Origin: Thermodesulfobacteriota bacterium
GTDB taxonomy: Bacteria; Desulfobacterota_D; UBA1144; Nemesobacterales; UBA2774
Reading direction: 5' to 3'
Assembly (NCBI GenBank): GCA_965216785.1
Contig: OZ244197.1
Location: forward strand, 2,400,001-2,464,000
DNA: 64,000 nt
Of this stretch, positions 40,746 through 50,378 are shown piece after piece (the first letter of the stretch is position 1; each line of letters opens with the position of its first letter). Position numbers and translations under genes: made by a program. The notes below the pieces were generated by a model. That model had not been told where the DNA came from. It saw nothing but the letters and a program-made list of their open reading frames with translations, and did not search any database.

Positions 40746-41129
40746 ATGAAAAAGATTTTAATTCTAGCCATTGTAACAGGATTTTTGCTCCCTCAATATC
40801 AGGCGGCAGCAAACTCGGACACTGTTAATATTGAGCTTTCTATATTGTTTACAATAAAAAACCACTGTGAAAGAAAGCTAAGACGCTGCTTCTCTGACAG
40901 AAGCGTTGCCAGGGCTCTAATAAGTCAAATTAAAAACACTCCTATAAACTTTGTCGAGGCAAAATGCACGGACATCTGCACCTCACCTTCTGAAATACGC
41001 GATACGAGGAGCTGCACGGACGAGCAGTGTGACGACCGCTGCGACGTTACGGGAGGGCTTGACGACGCATATTTTATAGAGCTGATTGAGCTCCGAAGGT
41101 ATGATGAGCTTCAAGTAATATGTAAATAG
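40746..41129 (+). CDS. small secreted cysteine-rich hypothetical protein
   Basis: MKKILILAIV signal peptide; 8 Cys in the mature region. Confidence 0.65.
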   Translation: MKKILILAIVTGFLLPQYQAAANSDTVNIELSILFTIKNHCERKLRRCFSDRSVARALISQIKNTPINFVEAKCTDICTSPSEIRDTRSCTDEQCDDRCDVTGGLDDAYFIELIELRRYDELQVICK

Positions 41130-41169
41130 ACCCATATGAGTCCTTTTTGAGCGCAGGTCATCATATCCT

Positions 41170-41778
41170 TTGATGATTAAGGCTATATCGCTTCTAAAAA
41201 CAACGCCCACCGCTTTAATTAAGAATCTGGTTTTCTGTCTTTGGCTAAAAGACGCCCGTTTCAAGCTCAGGAGAATACAAAAATATTTATCTCAAGATGA
41301 CAGAATTTTGGATATCGGTGCGGGCGCGGGCAGTGTGTGTACACTACTTAAGTCAAAAGGCTACGGTGTCACGCCGCTTGATGTAGAAGACCGCACCCTT
41401 ACCACGGGCGTTAACCCCGTAATTTACGACGGGAAGATTATTCCGTTTCCCGATAATTCATTTGATACGGTGCTCATTCTTACTGTTTTACATCATACAC
41501 AAGACCCGGAAAAGATTTTATCCGAAGCTAAGAGAGTAGGGGGCAAAATTGTAATCATAGAGGATATATACACAAACGTCTTCCAAAAATACCTGACATA
41601 TATATTCGATTCTCTGTTTAATCTTGAGTTTATCGGCCACCCGCACACTAACAAATCCGATGGTGAGTGGAAAGGGCTTTTCAGGGACCTCGGACTCACA
41701 CTTGTGGACTCTAGATACGATTCCTTCCTGTTTTTCTTCAAACAGGCGACTTATCGCGTTGTGTCAGATTCCATATAG
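41170..41778 (+). CDS. class I SAM-dependent methyltransferase
   Basis: ILDIGAGAG; PFPDNSFDTV...VLHH. Confidence 0.9.
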   Translation: MMIKAISLLKTTPTALIKNLVFCLWLKDARFKLRRIQKYLSQDDRILDIGAGAGSVCTLLKSKGYGVTPLDVEDRTLTTGVNPVIYDGKIIPFPDNSFDTVLILTVLHHTQDPEKILSEAKRVGGKIVIIEDIYTNVFQKYLTYIFDSLFNLEFIGHPHTNKSDGEWKGLFRDLGLTLVDSRYDSFLFFFKQATYRVVSDSI

Positions 41779-41853
41779 ACTCTATCGAATATAATCTGTA
41801 ATATTAAATTACGCATTTTGAGCATCAAATATATTGCAGAGGGAATCGCTGGC

Positions 41854-42510
41854 ATGAAAATAATCAACCTTGTAGACATTCACGGCAATAACCACCCTAT
41901 AGAGAAAATCAGAGATGAGCTTTCCTCAGCCGACCTGGTAATTCTTTCAGGCGACCTCACTCATTTCGGAAGCGGTGAGCAAGCGGCGGAGCTGATAGAA
42001 ACTATAAGGCTCTCAAACGAGAACATACTGGCTGTCACCGGCAATTGCGACACGAAGAGCGTGGACGACTATCTAAGTAAGCAAAAAATTAACCTCCACG
42101 GTAGAGCAAAAAAAGTAGATGGTATTAATTTTATCGGCGCCGGAGGCTCACTGCCGTGCCCGAGCCCCACACCGACCGTTTATACGGAGGAGCAGTACAA
42201 GAAAATTCTTGGGAAATCACTAAAAGACATTAAAAAGAGCGCCCCTATTGTAATGGTTTGCCACCAGCCCCCCTACGATACGGCAAACGACACCCTCGCG
42301 AACGGTGATCACGTGGGAAGCCACACAGTGAGGGACTTCATAAAGGAGAATAAGCCTCTTGTGTGCCTTACGGGGCACATACACGAAGCAGCCGGGATTG
42401 ACGAAATTTACGGAACTAAGATAGTTAACCCCGGTCCCTTGGGAGCGGGCTCATACGCTTACCTTGAGGTATCAGACAAAATAGACAGTCTTGAAATAAG
42501 AGAATACTAA
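41854..42510 (+). CDS. calcineurin-like metallophosphoesterase
   Basis: DIHG, SGDLT, GNCD, HQPP and GHIHE. Confidence 0.9.
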   Translation: MKIINLVDIHGNNHPIEKIRDELSSADLVILSGDLTHFGSGEQAAELIETIRLSNENILAVTGNCDTKSVDDYLSKQKINLHGRAKKVDGINFIGAGGSLPCPSPTPTVYTEEQYKKILGKSLKDIKKSAPIVMVCHQPPYDTANDTLANGDHVGSHTVRDFIKENKPLVCLTGHIHEAAGIDEIYGTKIVNPGPLGAGSYAYLEVSDKIDSLEIREY

Positions 42511-42614
42511 CTCAAAGTCCAAACTTCTTTAATAGATCAATACTCAAATAAACATAGTTACTTCCGCATTTTTTGTGGTTAAACTGTATGCATTAAAATA
42601 ATCATTATGGAGGG

Positions 42615-43304
42615 ATGAATATGAGTAAGATATTGAATTTGATTAGCTTAAATGAGGCTGCACGGTATTTGGGCGCTATACTGCTCCTGGCGGGAGCTTT
42701 CGTATTGTTGGCAGAAACCGGCGGAGCCGCTGAAAAGTATCACCCGCTCGAGAGCTATACGGTCGAGTACAAAATGGAAGGCGTAAATGCAGGGGAAAAG
42801 ACCCATTACTCTCAGAAATGGGGTAATTTAGTCTGCTGGGTTGAAGTATCCGAACTCAACATGCCTGGCGCGCCTGCGCAGAAAAAGAACGAAAAGGTAA
42901 TAACATACGTAGAAGACGGTCAGCAGTGGATTATCACGATAAACCAGGACGACAACACCGGCACGAAAATGAAAAACCCAATGTTTGAAGGCGTTACGGC
43001 CGGTATGGAAGGCAAAACCCCCAAGGAGTTCAGCGAGCAGTTCATGAAGCAATTGGGAGGTAAAGTGATTGGAGAGAAAACCGTAAACGGTGAAAAGTGT
43101 ACTGAATGGGAGCTTATGGGCGGGGCTAGAACATGTATTACGCCAGATCAGATATCAGTTGAATCCGGAATGGATATGGCCGGTATTAAGATGAAAGAGA
43201 CCGCTGTTAAAATAAACAGGAATGACGGCGGGCCAAAGGACATTTGCGATCCAGGAGACGCTAAGCTAAAAGAAATGGACATGGGCCAAATGCTGGGCCA
43301 GTAA
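42615..43304 (+). CDS. secreted hypothetical protein (beta-rich)
   Basis: Hydrophobic signal region; GEKTVNGEKCTEW; GGAGG site. Confidence 0.7.
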   Translation: MNMSKILNLISLNEAARYLGAILLLAGAFVLLAETGGAAEKYHPLESYTVEYKMEGVNAGEKTHYSQKWGNLVCWVEVSELNMPGAPAQKKNEKVITYVEDGQQWIITINQDDNTGTKMKNPMFEGVTAGMEGKTPKEFSEQFMKQLGGKVIGEKTVNGEKCTEWELMGGARTCITPDQISVESGMDMAGIKMKETAVKINRNDGGPKDICDPGDAKLKEMDMGQMLGQ

Positions 43305-43323
43305 GATAACACTGAAAGCTTTG

Positions 43324-43351
43324 GAAGAGGCCGTCCAAAGGCGGCCTCTTC
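43324..43351. terminator. hairpin terminator between convergent genes
   Basis: gaagaggccgtc-caaa-ggcggcctcttc. Confidence 0.7.
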
Positions 43352-43366
43352 TATTGAAAGAATACT

Positions 43367-43978
43367 TTAACTACTTTTTTGTATACCCTCTATTTCAAGA
43401 GTAATTTTAACTTCATCACCTACAACAAAACCCCCGGCCTCAAGGGCTTTATTCCAGGTCATGCCAAAGTCCTTTCTATTTATCTCAGTAGAGGCTGTAA
43501 AAGCGGAGCGCTTGTTCCCCCAGGGGTCGGTGACACTGCCCCCATAGTCAGCGTCTAGAGTAACCTCTTTAGTTACGCCGTGAATTGTTAGATCGCCTAC
43601 AATTTGCAGCTCATCACCGCTTCCTTTCACTTCTTTACTCTTAAAAGTGATACTCGGGAATTTCTCTACGTCCAGGAACTCATCTGACTTTAGATGGTCA
43701 TCCCTTTTCTTTTTATTGGTATTTATGCTCGAAGCAACGATCTCTGTCTCAACGCTTGAGTTCGCCAGGTTTTCTTCATCGAAACTGTAGCTTCCGTTAA
43801 AGAGATCAAACTGCCCGGTAACGTTACTAATACCAAGGTGCTTTACTTTAAAAATCACCTGGCTGTGGTCTGGGTCAATGTCGTAAACTACGGCTTCTGC
43901 GCGCGAGTCCTGAGAGTGAAGAACGAGCAAAGTAACAACTGCTGCTAAAACAAATGTGATGCCTTTTAAGCTTTTCAT
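43367..43978 (-). CDS. YceI-family polyisoprenoid-binding protein
   Basis: IDPDHSQVIFKVKH, RDDHLKS, GDLTIHGVTK and INRKDFG; AGGAGG supports the ATG at 43978. Confidence 0.93.
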   Translation of the reverse strand: MKSLKGITFVLAAVVTLLVLHSQDSRAEAVVYDIDPDHSQVIFKVKHLGISNVTGQFDLFNGSYSFDEENLANSSVETEIVASSINTNKKKRDDHLKSDEFLDVEKFPSITFKSKEVKGSGDELQIVGDLTIHGVTKEVTLDADYGGSVTDPWGNKRSAFTASTEINRKDFGMTWNKALEAGGFVVGDEVKITLEIEGIQKSS

Positions 43979-44112
43979 GGATACTGCCTCCTGATTAGAT
44001 TGTTCTGATATGATTTTCGATGAAATCATAAAGTTATAGATTCAAAAAATACCACATGATTTTTTGGTTGCTATAACTTTATTTGATAAAAGTAATGTGC
44101 GTGAGTATGAAC

Positions 44113-44922
44113 TCAGGAAAAATGGGACAGCCTCGTCCTTCTAATAAATACAGCTCCCAGTAGACCGAGAACTCCAGCCATAGCAATCAACCCCCACTGG
44201 CTGAGAGTCGGTATGGGCCTAGGGGCTGCGAGAGGCTCACCGATAAGCTGGAAAGAAAGGTCTGGGCCTGTGAGCGCTATACAATCAGGACCGGGGGTCC
44301 ATGACGTACATCCGTGATTGAAACCGTCTTGAGGGTTTTCCCAGACAAACAGATTCAGATTCTGCTCTATAATTGTCATCCAGAACCATTGACCGCCGGG
44401 ATTAAAAGACATATTCACCTGCACGGAAACCCAATAGGTCCCTGATGTAAGCGTGCACGGCTCTGGCAGGTTAATAATAAAATTGGGATCTAAAACATTC
44501 TGGGGCTGGATGTTTGAATACTCACACCCTGGCACCGAGCCACCTGGCAAACTGCCGTTGTCTTCAAAGAAAACTACGTTTAAAGATTGAATAGGGCCTG
44601 GTCCGCTCAGATAGAAACCACTAGCTCTGAGTGTTTCTATATTCCAAATGGTCGCTCCCGGCACTTCAAAATCATCGGCGGCACGACTGTCAAGATTATC
44701 AAATACTCCTCCCGGATCTGTGAAATTCTGGGCCGTAACTCCTGTGCCTTCCGCAGTGCCGATCTGGTCCCAGAGCACCTCGGAAAACTGAGCCGCGCTC
44801 ACAGGGGGCGAGCCATCGGCGCTCGATACCTGAGCGCTTGAGTTGGGCGCGGTAAAAACAACAGCCGCCAGTATAAAAAATATAGCTATCTTGAACTGAA
44901 ATATATTGGAACTTCCCATCAT
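44113..44922 (-). CDS. secreted surface protein with IPTL-CTERM sorting signal
   Basis: Signal peptide; C-terminal IPTLSQWG, TM segment and RRTR. Confidence 0.88.
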   Translation of the reverse strand: MMGSSNIFQFKIAIFFILAAVVFTAPNSSAQVSSADGSPPVSAAQFSEVLWDQIGTAEGTGVTAQNFTDPGGVFDNLDSRAADDFEVPGATIWNIETLRASGFYLSGPGPIQSLNVVFFEDNGSLPGGSVPGCEYSNIQPQNVLDPNFIINLPEPCTLTSGTYWVSVQVNMSFNPGGQWFWMTIIEQNLNLFVWENPQDGFNHGCTSWTPGPDCIALTGPDLSFQLIGEPLAAPRPIPTLSQWGLIAMAGVLGLLGAVFIRRTRLSHFS

Positions 44923-45101
44923 AAAATTCCTCCTAAAAATATACAGATATAAAGCAAAGGTGGTTAATTGTAAGCAACGATAGTCTATTTTAGCACTTTA
45001 GATATTTATATCAATTTCAAAAACCTTTAGCGGGCTTCTATTCTTTGCCTCATTTTTTGATATGATTATAATTCATACAATTCCTGGTAGAAACGGAGCG
45101 C

Positions 45102-45593
45102 ATGATGTCTGAAGTTACAATACGTGAGGCAAGAATCGAAGACGCCCGGAGCATGGCTGAAATCTTAAGAGAAATCGGTTGGTCGGAGAGGCGGAACGCG
45201 ATGCCCGTGGAGGAAGTGTCCGGCCCGATAGAAAAGCTGATCGAGCACTGCAGACAGGATAGCGAAGGCCACACTATGCTGGTCGCGGTAGACTCCGGCG
45301 ATAAAGTGCTCGGGTTCACAAACGTCCACTGGGTGCCTTTTGTGATGCTCGGGAGTACCGAGGGCTACGTGTCGGACGTATTCGTAAGTCCGGCCTCAAG
45401 CGGCATGGGTGCGGGGAGAGCGCTCATCGAGCATGTGATGGAAGAGGGGAAGAGAAGGGGGTGCATGAGGCTAATGCTGACAAACGGCAAGGAAAAACCC
45501 TCATACAAAAGAGATTTTTATAAAAAACTCGGCTGGACAGAAAGACCGCTTGTCGCTAATTTCGTATACTACTATGAAGAGCCCTGGTCTTAG
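45102..45593 (+). CDS. GNAT-family acetyltransferase
   Basis: TIREARIED, VFVSPASSGMGAGRAL and FYKKLGW. Confidence 0.88.
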   Translation: MMSEVTIREARIEDARSMAEILREIGWSERRNAMPVEEVSGPIEKLIEHCRQDSEGHTMLVAVDSGDKVLGFTNVHWVPFVMLGSTEGYVSDVFVSPASSGMGAGRALIEHVMEEGKRRGCMRLMLTNGKEKPSYKRDFYKKLGWTERPLVANFVYYYEEPWS

Positions 45594-45634
45594 CTCATAC
45601 GTTAGGAAGATATTAGGTATAGGTACATCAATAA

Positions 45635-46138
45635 ATGTCCAAAACAAAAACACTATTCCTCTTACGTCACGCAAAATCGAGCTGGGACGACCCGTCGCTT
45701 GAGGACATTGACCGCCCGCTCAATAAGCGCGGCAAAAAAGACGCGCCCGAAATGGGGAAGCGCCTAGCAAAATACGACGTCATACCGCAGGTAGTGGTAT
45801 CAAGCCCCGCGCTCAGGGCCTATAGAACCGCACAGAAAGTATCCGAGGAGCTTGGTTTTGAAAAAGCGGATATCTGTGTGGACGAGCGCGTCTATTCCTG
45901 GGACTCAAACACCGTGCTTGACGTAATCAACTCACTCGACGACAAATATCAGTCCGCTATGATCGTATTCCATAATCCCGCGATCACCGATCTGGTAAAC
46001 GAGCTAACAAGAGCAGACATAGACAACGTACCCACGTGCGGAGTCGCGACAATCGGTTTTGACACGGAAAATTGGTCGCAAGTTAAAAAAGGAAAGGGCC
46101 GGCTCATAAAATTCGACTATCCCAAAAACCCCCGGTAG
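45635..46138 (+). CDS. SixA-like histidine phosphatase
   Basis: LLRHAKSSW, DRPLNKRG, SSPALRA and HNP. Confidence 0.9.
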   Translation: MSKTKTLFLLRHAKSSWDDPSLEDIDRPLNKRGKKDAPEMGKRLAKYDVIPQVVVSSPALRAYRTAQKVSEELGFEKADICVDERVYSWDSNTVLDVINSLDDKYQSAMIVFHNPAITDLVNELTRADIDNVPTCGVATIGFDTENWSQVKKGKGRLIKFDYPKNPR

Positions 46139-46153
46139 CATTTCTTAAAGAGG

Positions 46154-46651
46154 ATGAAAACTATGAAAATCTCAACACCAGACCTATGTGACGCCTATCC
46201 CGATTCTGTAAATATCGCGGAGCCGATATTCAGGAGCTACGGAGCAAAACCCTCGTTCGGAGGACAAATAGTCACCGTTAAGTGCTTTGAGGATAATTCC
46301 CGCGTTAAAGAGCTCGCGGCTACCAACGGCAACGCAAAGGTAATGGTCGTTGACGGCGGGGGATCTTTAAAACGCGCTCTCCTAGGCGACCTCATAGCCG
46401 AAAGCGCCCGTGAGAATAACTGGGAAGGGGTCATCATAAACGGCTGCATTCGTGATGTGGATGTAATAGCGGACATCGGCATTGGGGTAAAGGCGCTTAA
46501 CTGCATTCCGCTCAAGACAGAGCGCAAGGGGCTGGGGGAAACGAACATTCCGGTGAGCTTTGCGGGGGTTATCTTTAACCCGGGCGAATATGTTTACTCG
46601 GACGAAACAGGGATAATCGTATCAGCGAGTGAGCTAAAAATGCCCGAATGA
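46154..46651 (+). CDS. rraA: RraA / HMG-aldolase family protein
   Basis: [29 protein letters not shown] and GCIRDV. Confidence 0.88.
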   Translation: MKTMKISTPDLCDAYPDSVNIAEPIFRSYGAKPSFGGQIVTVKCFEDNSRVKELAATNGNAKVMVVDGGGSLKRALLGDLIAESARENNWEGVIINGCIRDVDVIADIGIGVKALNCIPLKTERKGLGETNIPVSFAGVIFNPGEYVYSDETGIIVSASELKMPE

Positions 46652-47281
46652 TCAAAACTTTGAGATATAAGCGTACATGAGCCAAAAGTGCATGGCGCTT
46701 CCAATCATAATAAACACATGAAAAACCTCATGGAACCCGAAAAAACCGGGCCAAGGGTCAGGTCTGCCGACCGCGTAAATTACCGCGCCGAGTGTATAGA
46801 ACCCCCCTCCTACGAATAGCCACAGCGCCCCGCCCGTGCCAAGCGCGTTAATAATAGGAATAAGATAAATCAGTGCAATCCAGCCCGCGAACACATATAT
46901 TACGGAGGAAAACCATCTTGGAGCGTGTATCCAGAATATCTTTATCAGTATGCCTATTACAGCAAGCCCCCAGATGATTGCAAGCAGGCTCCACCCCCAA
47001 AACCCTTTCAGCGCTATGAGGCATATCGGGGTATAAGTAGAGGCAATGAACACAAATATCATTTTATGGTCAATCTTCTTGAGCCTCTTTATACCGTTTT
47101 CGGATAAAAATAAAGTATGATAAATCGTACTTGCGGCGTATACCATCATCATGCCCGCACCGAATATCGTAAACGTAACAATATGAAGGGGTTTTACCTC
47201 TGGATATATTGAGATGTAGAGTAGAACCACGAGACCGAAGAACGCCCCTATAAACGCTATAAAGTGAGTAAGCGCGCTCAT
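46652..47281 (-). CDS. hemolysin III/PAQR-family membrane protein (start uncertain)
   Basis: SALTH, ASTIYH, DHKMIFVFIASTYTP and FHEVFHVF; about 7 TM segments. Confidence 0.9.
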   Translation of the reverse strand: MSALTHFIAFIGAFFGLVVLLYISIYPEVKPLHIVTFTIFGAGMMMVYAASTIYHTLFLSENGIKRLKKIDHKMIFVFIASTYTPICLIALKGFWGWSLLAIIWGLAVIGILIKIFWIHAPRWFSSVIYVFAGWIALIYLIPIINALGTGGALWLFVGGGFYTLGAVIYAVGRPDPWPGFFGFHEVFHVFIMIGSAMHFWLMYAYISKF

Positions 47282-47563
47282 TGGCTCTCTAGCTAGGCTG
47301 AATAAGTACTTAGAGTTTTTTATTGTTCAATCCAAAAATAGAAATTTGATTAGGCTGGCCCCTGACTATCAGGTCTTATTTCTCCCAATTCTATTAATGC
47401 TCGGCCGGGGTTTATAATATAACGAATGTTAAGGCTATATCAATGCGCTTATAAAGCTCCGGCACCTTCATTCCGCGCTCAGAAACTCTATTGATTAAAA
47501 TCTCAAAATATTCTACAATCACTAAAAGTAGGCAATAGAAGCGCAATTCACCCGGAGCTGACT

Positions 47564-49438
47564 ATGAAACTACTTCTAATAAACCCAAGATTCCCCGAAA
47601 GTTTTTGGAGTTTTAAATGGGCGGTAGATAATATCATGCCCACGGATATCAGAACCATTAACCCCCCGCTGGGGCTTGCCACTCTTGCAGCGTTAAGCCC
47701 CGAGGACTGGGAAATAGAAATAATAGACGAAAACATTGAATCCATCCCCCTTGAACCACAGGCCGACATTATAGGGATTTGCGGCATGGGCGTTCAGTTC
47801 AAGCGCCAAAAAGAGCTAATTTCTTTCTATAAGAACCAGGGCCACTTTGTAGTGGCCGGCGGAAGCTACGCCTCTCTTTGCCCAGAGCACTTCGGTGACA
47901 TGGCCGACGCTATCATAGCCGGTGAGGCCGAGTACATATGGAAACAGTTCTGCGAGGATTTCGTTAACGGCACACATAAAAAGCTCTATCACGAAACAAA
48001 CGAGGTATCTCTTGAGGACTCGCCCACGCCAAGGTTCGACCTGCTCAAGATAGACAGCTACCAGGCCGTGAGCCTCCAGTTTTCAAGGGGCTGTCCTTAC
48101 CGCTGCGAGTTCTGTGACATAATTATAATGTTCGGCAGAAAGCCGCGCACAAAATCCATGAAACAGGTGGGAAGAGAGCTCGATGAGCTGAGGAAGTTAG
48201 GGGTAAGAAACGTATTCTTCGTAGACGATAATCTAATCGGCAATAAGCCAGTGGCTAAGAAGCTCATGGCTTATTTAAGGGACTATCAGAAAGAGCACGA
48301 CTACAATTTCGTCTTCGGTACAGAGGCCTCTTTGAACTTATCTCAGGACGATGAGCTGCTGGATTTGTTCACCCAAGCCAACTTCGCGTGGGTCTTTATC
48401 GGTATAGAATCACCGGATGAAGAAAGCTTAAAAGAAACGCTCAAGTTTCAAAATACCCGCTCTGATATATTGAGCTCCATAAGACACATATACTCTTACG
48501 GCATAGAGGTGCTAGCAGGGTTTATCATCGGATTCGATAACGACACGCTCAAAACGTTTGATCTGCAATATAATTTTATCCAGAACTCAGGAATACAGAC
48601 CTCTATGATCGGGCTGCTTACGGCCGTGCCCAAGACGCCGCTATATGAGCGGCTCGAGAAAGACGGGCGTCTGATCAAAGAATCGAGCGGAACTGACAAT
48701 ACAAAGCTCGGCACCAATTTGATCCCCCTGGGGATGGGTTATGAAGAGATGGTAGAGGGCTATCGTAATCTATATTACAGGCTCCTTGACGATAGAGTGA
48801 TCGCGGAAAGGATAAACAATAAATCCAGGTACATGCCTAAACCCCTGTTTAGGAGTACATATAGCTACCGCCAGCAGCTAAGAGCGGTTTCCAGGATTTT
48901 AGTACGCGGCATCATTCCCGGCGGGCCTAAACGCATACTCAGCTTTCTCAGCACCATACCTTTTCGCAACCCATCTCAGATACCTCACGTCCTGCAGGAC
49001 TGGGTAGTCGGAATTGCGATGAAGGATTACGTAGACCGCCATTTTATCAAAGAGTTCGAAGAGTCAAACGACCTGGCCATAAACCATGTGGCGTCGATTG
49101 AGAAATCATTTGAGCCCTACGTGAACAAAGGGGCGCTTGAGATATCTCTTGACAGAGTAAAGAATACTGCGGCAAGCCTGTCCATTTCGATAAAAGGGAT
49201 CGTGGACATGGATTTCTTCCAGAACGTAGCCCCTCACCTCGAGAGCATACTAAAGAACACCCCCTCTTCCATACGCTTCAACATAGACGAGCATAATGAG
49301 CAGCAAAATGCTCACCTGAACAGGCTCTTTTCCCGCCTCTCGCGCTATGGCGACAGGATATACATTGCCGTGCACGAAAAGTGGAGAAATAAAGTAGCCG
49401 TTGACTCCTCGGTATTTAACCTGGTACTTGATACTTAG
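47564..49438 (+). CDS. cobalamin-binding radical SAM protein (DUF4070 type) with C-terminal extension
   Basis: B12-binding N-terminus (PPLGLATLAA, GGSYAS, GEAE); SRGCPYRCEFC; FVDDN; FIIGFD. Confidence 0.9.
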   Translation: MKLLLINPRFPESFWSFKWAVDNIMPTDIRTINPPLGLATLAALSPEDWEIEIIDENIESIPLEPQADIIGICGMGVQFKRQKELISFYKNQGHFVVAGGSYASLCPEHFGDMADAIIAGEAEYIWKQFCEDFVNGTHKKLYHETNEVSLEDSPTPRFDLLKIDSYQAVSLQFSRGCPYRCEFCDIIIMFGRKPRTKSMKQVGRELDELRKLGVRNVFFVDDNLIGNKPVAKKLMAYLRDYQKEHDYNFVFGTEASLNLSQDDELLDLFTQANFAWVFIGIESPDEESLKETLKFQNTRSDILSSIRHIYSYGIEVLAGFIIGFDNDTLKTFDLQYNFIQNSGIQTSMIGLLTAVPKTPLYERLEKDGRLIKESSGTDNTKLGTNLIPLGMGYEEMVEGYRNLYYRLLDDRVIAERINNKSRYMPKPLFRSTYSYRQQLRAVSRILVRGIIPGGPKRILSFLSTIPFRNPSQIPHVLQDWVVGIAMKDYVDRHFIKEFEESNDLAINHVASIEKSFEPYVNKGALEISLDRVKNTAASLSISIKGIVDMDFFQNVAPHLESILKNTPSSIRFNIDEHNEQQNAHLNRLFSRLSRYGDRIYIAVHEKWRNKVAVDSSVFNLVLDT

Positions 49439-49546
49439 GTCTGTAAGCATTTAGCATTTAAAGCTAAAAATTTTCCCATATAGCTGTTGACTTCCTCGCA
49501 GAACAGGGAATAATGTTAGGCTATAGTAACTCAGGAGAGGTGTATC

Positions 49547-49861
49547 ATGCAGGCAGTTATCAGAACCGGTGGTAAGCAGTACAGCGTATCCACGGGCGAT
49601 ATAATAGAAGTAGAAAAGCTTCAGGGAAACCCCGGAGACGAAGTAGAACTTAATGAAGTGCTTATGGTTACGCCCGATAAAGGCAAAGCCCAGATAGGCA
49701 CACCGTTAATAGATAACGCGGTGGTCAAGGCCAAAATACTCGGTGAGAAGAAAGGCAAGAAAATTGTGGTTTTTAAATTTAAAAGAAGAAAAGACTACAG
49801 AAATAAAAACGGTCACAGACAGCGTTATACGTCTTTAGAAATTACTGATATTGTAAATTAG
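49547..49861 (+). CDS. rplU: 50S ribosomal protein L21
   Basis: [10 protein letters not shown]; [16 protein letters not shown]. Confidence 0.98.
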   Translation: MQAVIRTGGKQYSVSTGDIIEVEKLQGNPGDEVELNEVLMVTPDKGKAQIGTPLIDNAVVKAKILGEKKGKKIVVFKFKRRKDYRNKNGHRQRYTSLEITDIVN

Positions 49862-49872
49862 GAGAAGATCCC

Positions 49873-50133
49873 ATGTCGACAAAAAAAGGCGGCGGAAGTA
49901 CACGAAACGGAAGAGACACAGCTGGGAAGAGACTCGGTATAAAACACTTTGGCGGAGAGAACGTCAGAGCCGGGAATATTATAGCCAGACAGAGGGGCAC
50001 AAAGTTCCATCCGGGCGATGGCGTAGGTATCGGCAGAGACCATACGTTATTTGCGCTCATTGACGGCACTGTAGAGTTTAAGAGGTTCAAGAAAAATAAG
50101 ACCAAGGTAAACATCCAGCCGGTTTCGGAATAA
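49873..50133 (+). CDS. rpmA: 50S ribosomal protein L27
   Basis: [22 protein letters not shown] and GRDHTLFA. Confidence 0.98.
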   Translation: MSTKKGGGSTRNGRDTAGKRLGIKHFGGENVRAGNIIARQRGTKFHPGDGVGIGRDHTLFALIDGTVEFKRFKKNKTKVNIQPVSE

Positions 50134-50378
50134 ACATTTCGCTCAGTTAGGCGGTCAGCGCCGTATACAGTTAATTGAGTAAAGCAGTAAACCAAATCAG
50201 AGTTTGCACCTTTAGACTCGACATACAGCTTTCTTTCGGTTATATAAATTCTGTACTCAGCTTTTTAGCAGTTTCCTCTTTACTAGTTTGTAATAACTCA
50301 GTAATATGAGATTAGGCAGCTCAAGTACTCACTGCGAACTAATAAAGGCTCAACAATATAATTGGAGAATGATGATAT

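Noticed and set aside
47564-49438. Hopanoid methylase hpnP
   Set aside because: Same broad family, but it cannot be assigned without phylogeny and there is no hpn context.
50134-50378. HAIR-like operator or small RNA after rpmA
   Set aside because: Only weak partial matches (TATGAGA-N7-GCTCAAG) and short imperfect stems.
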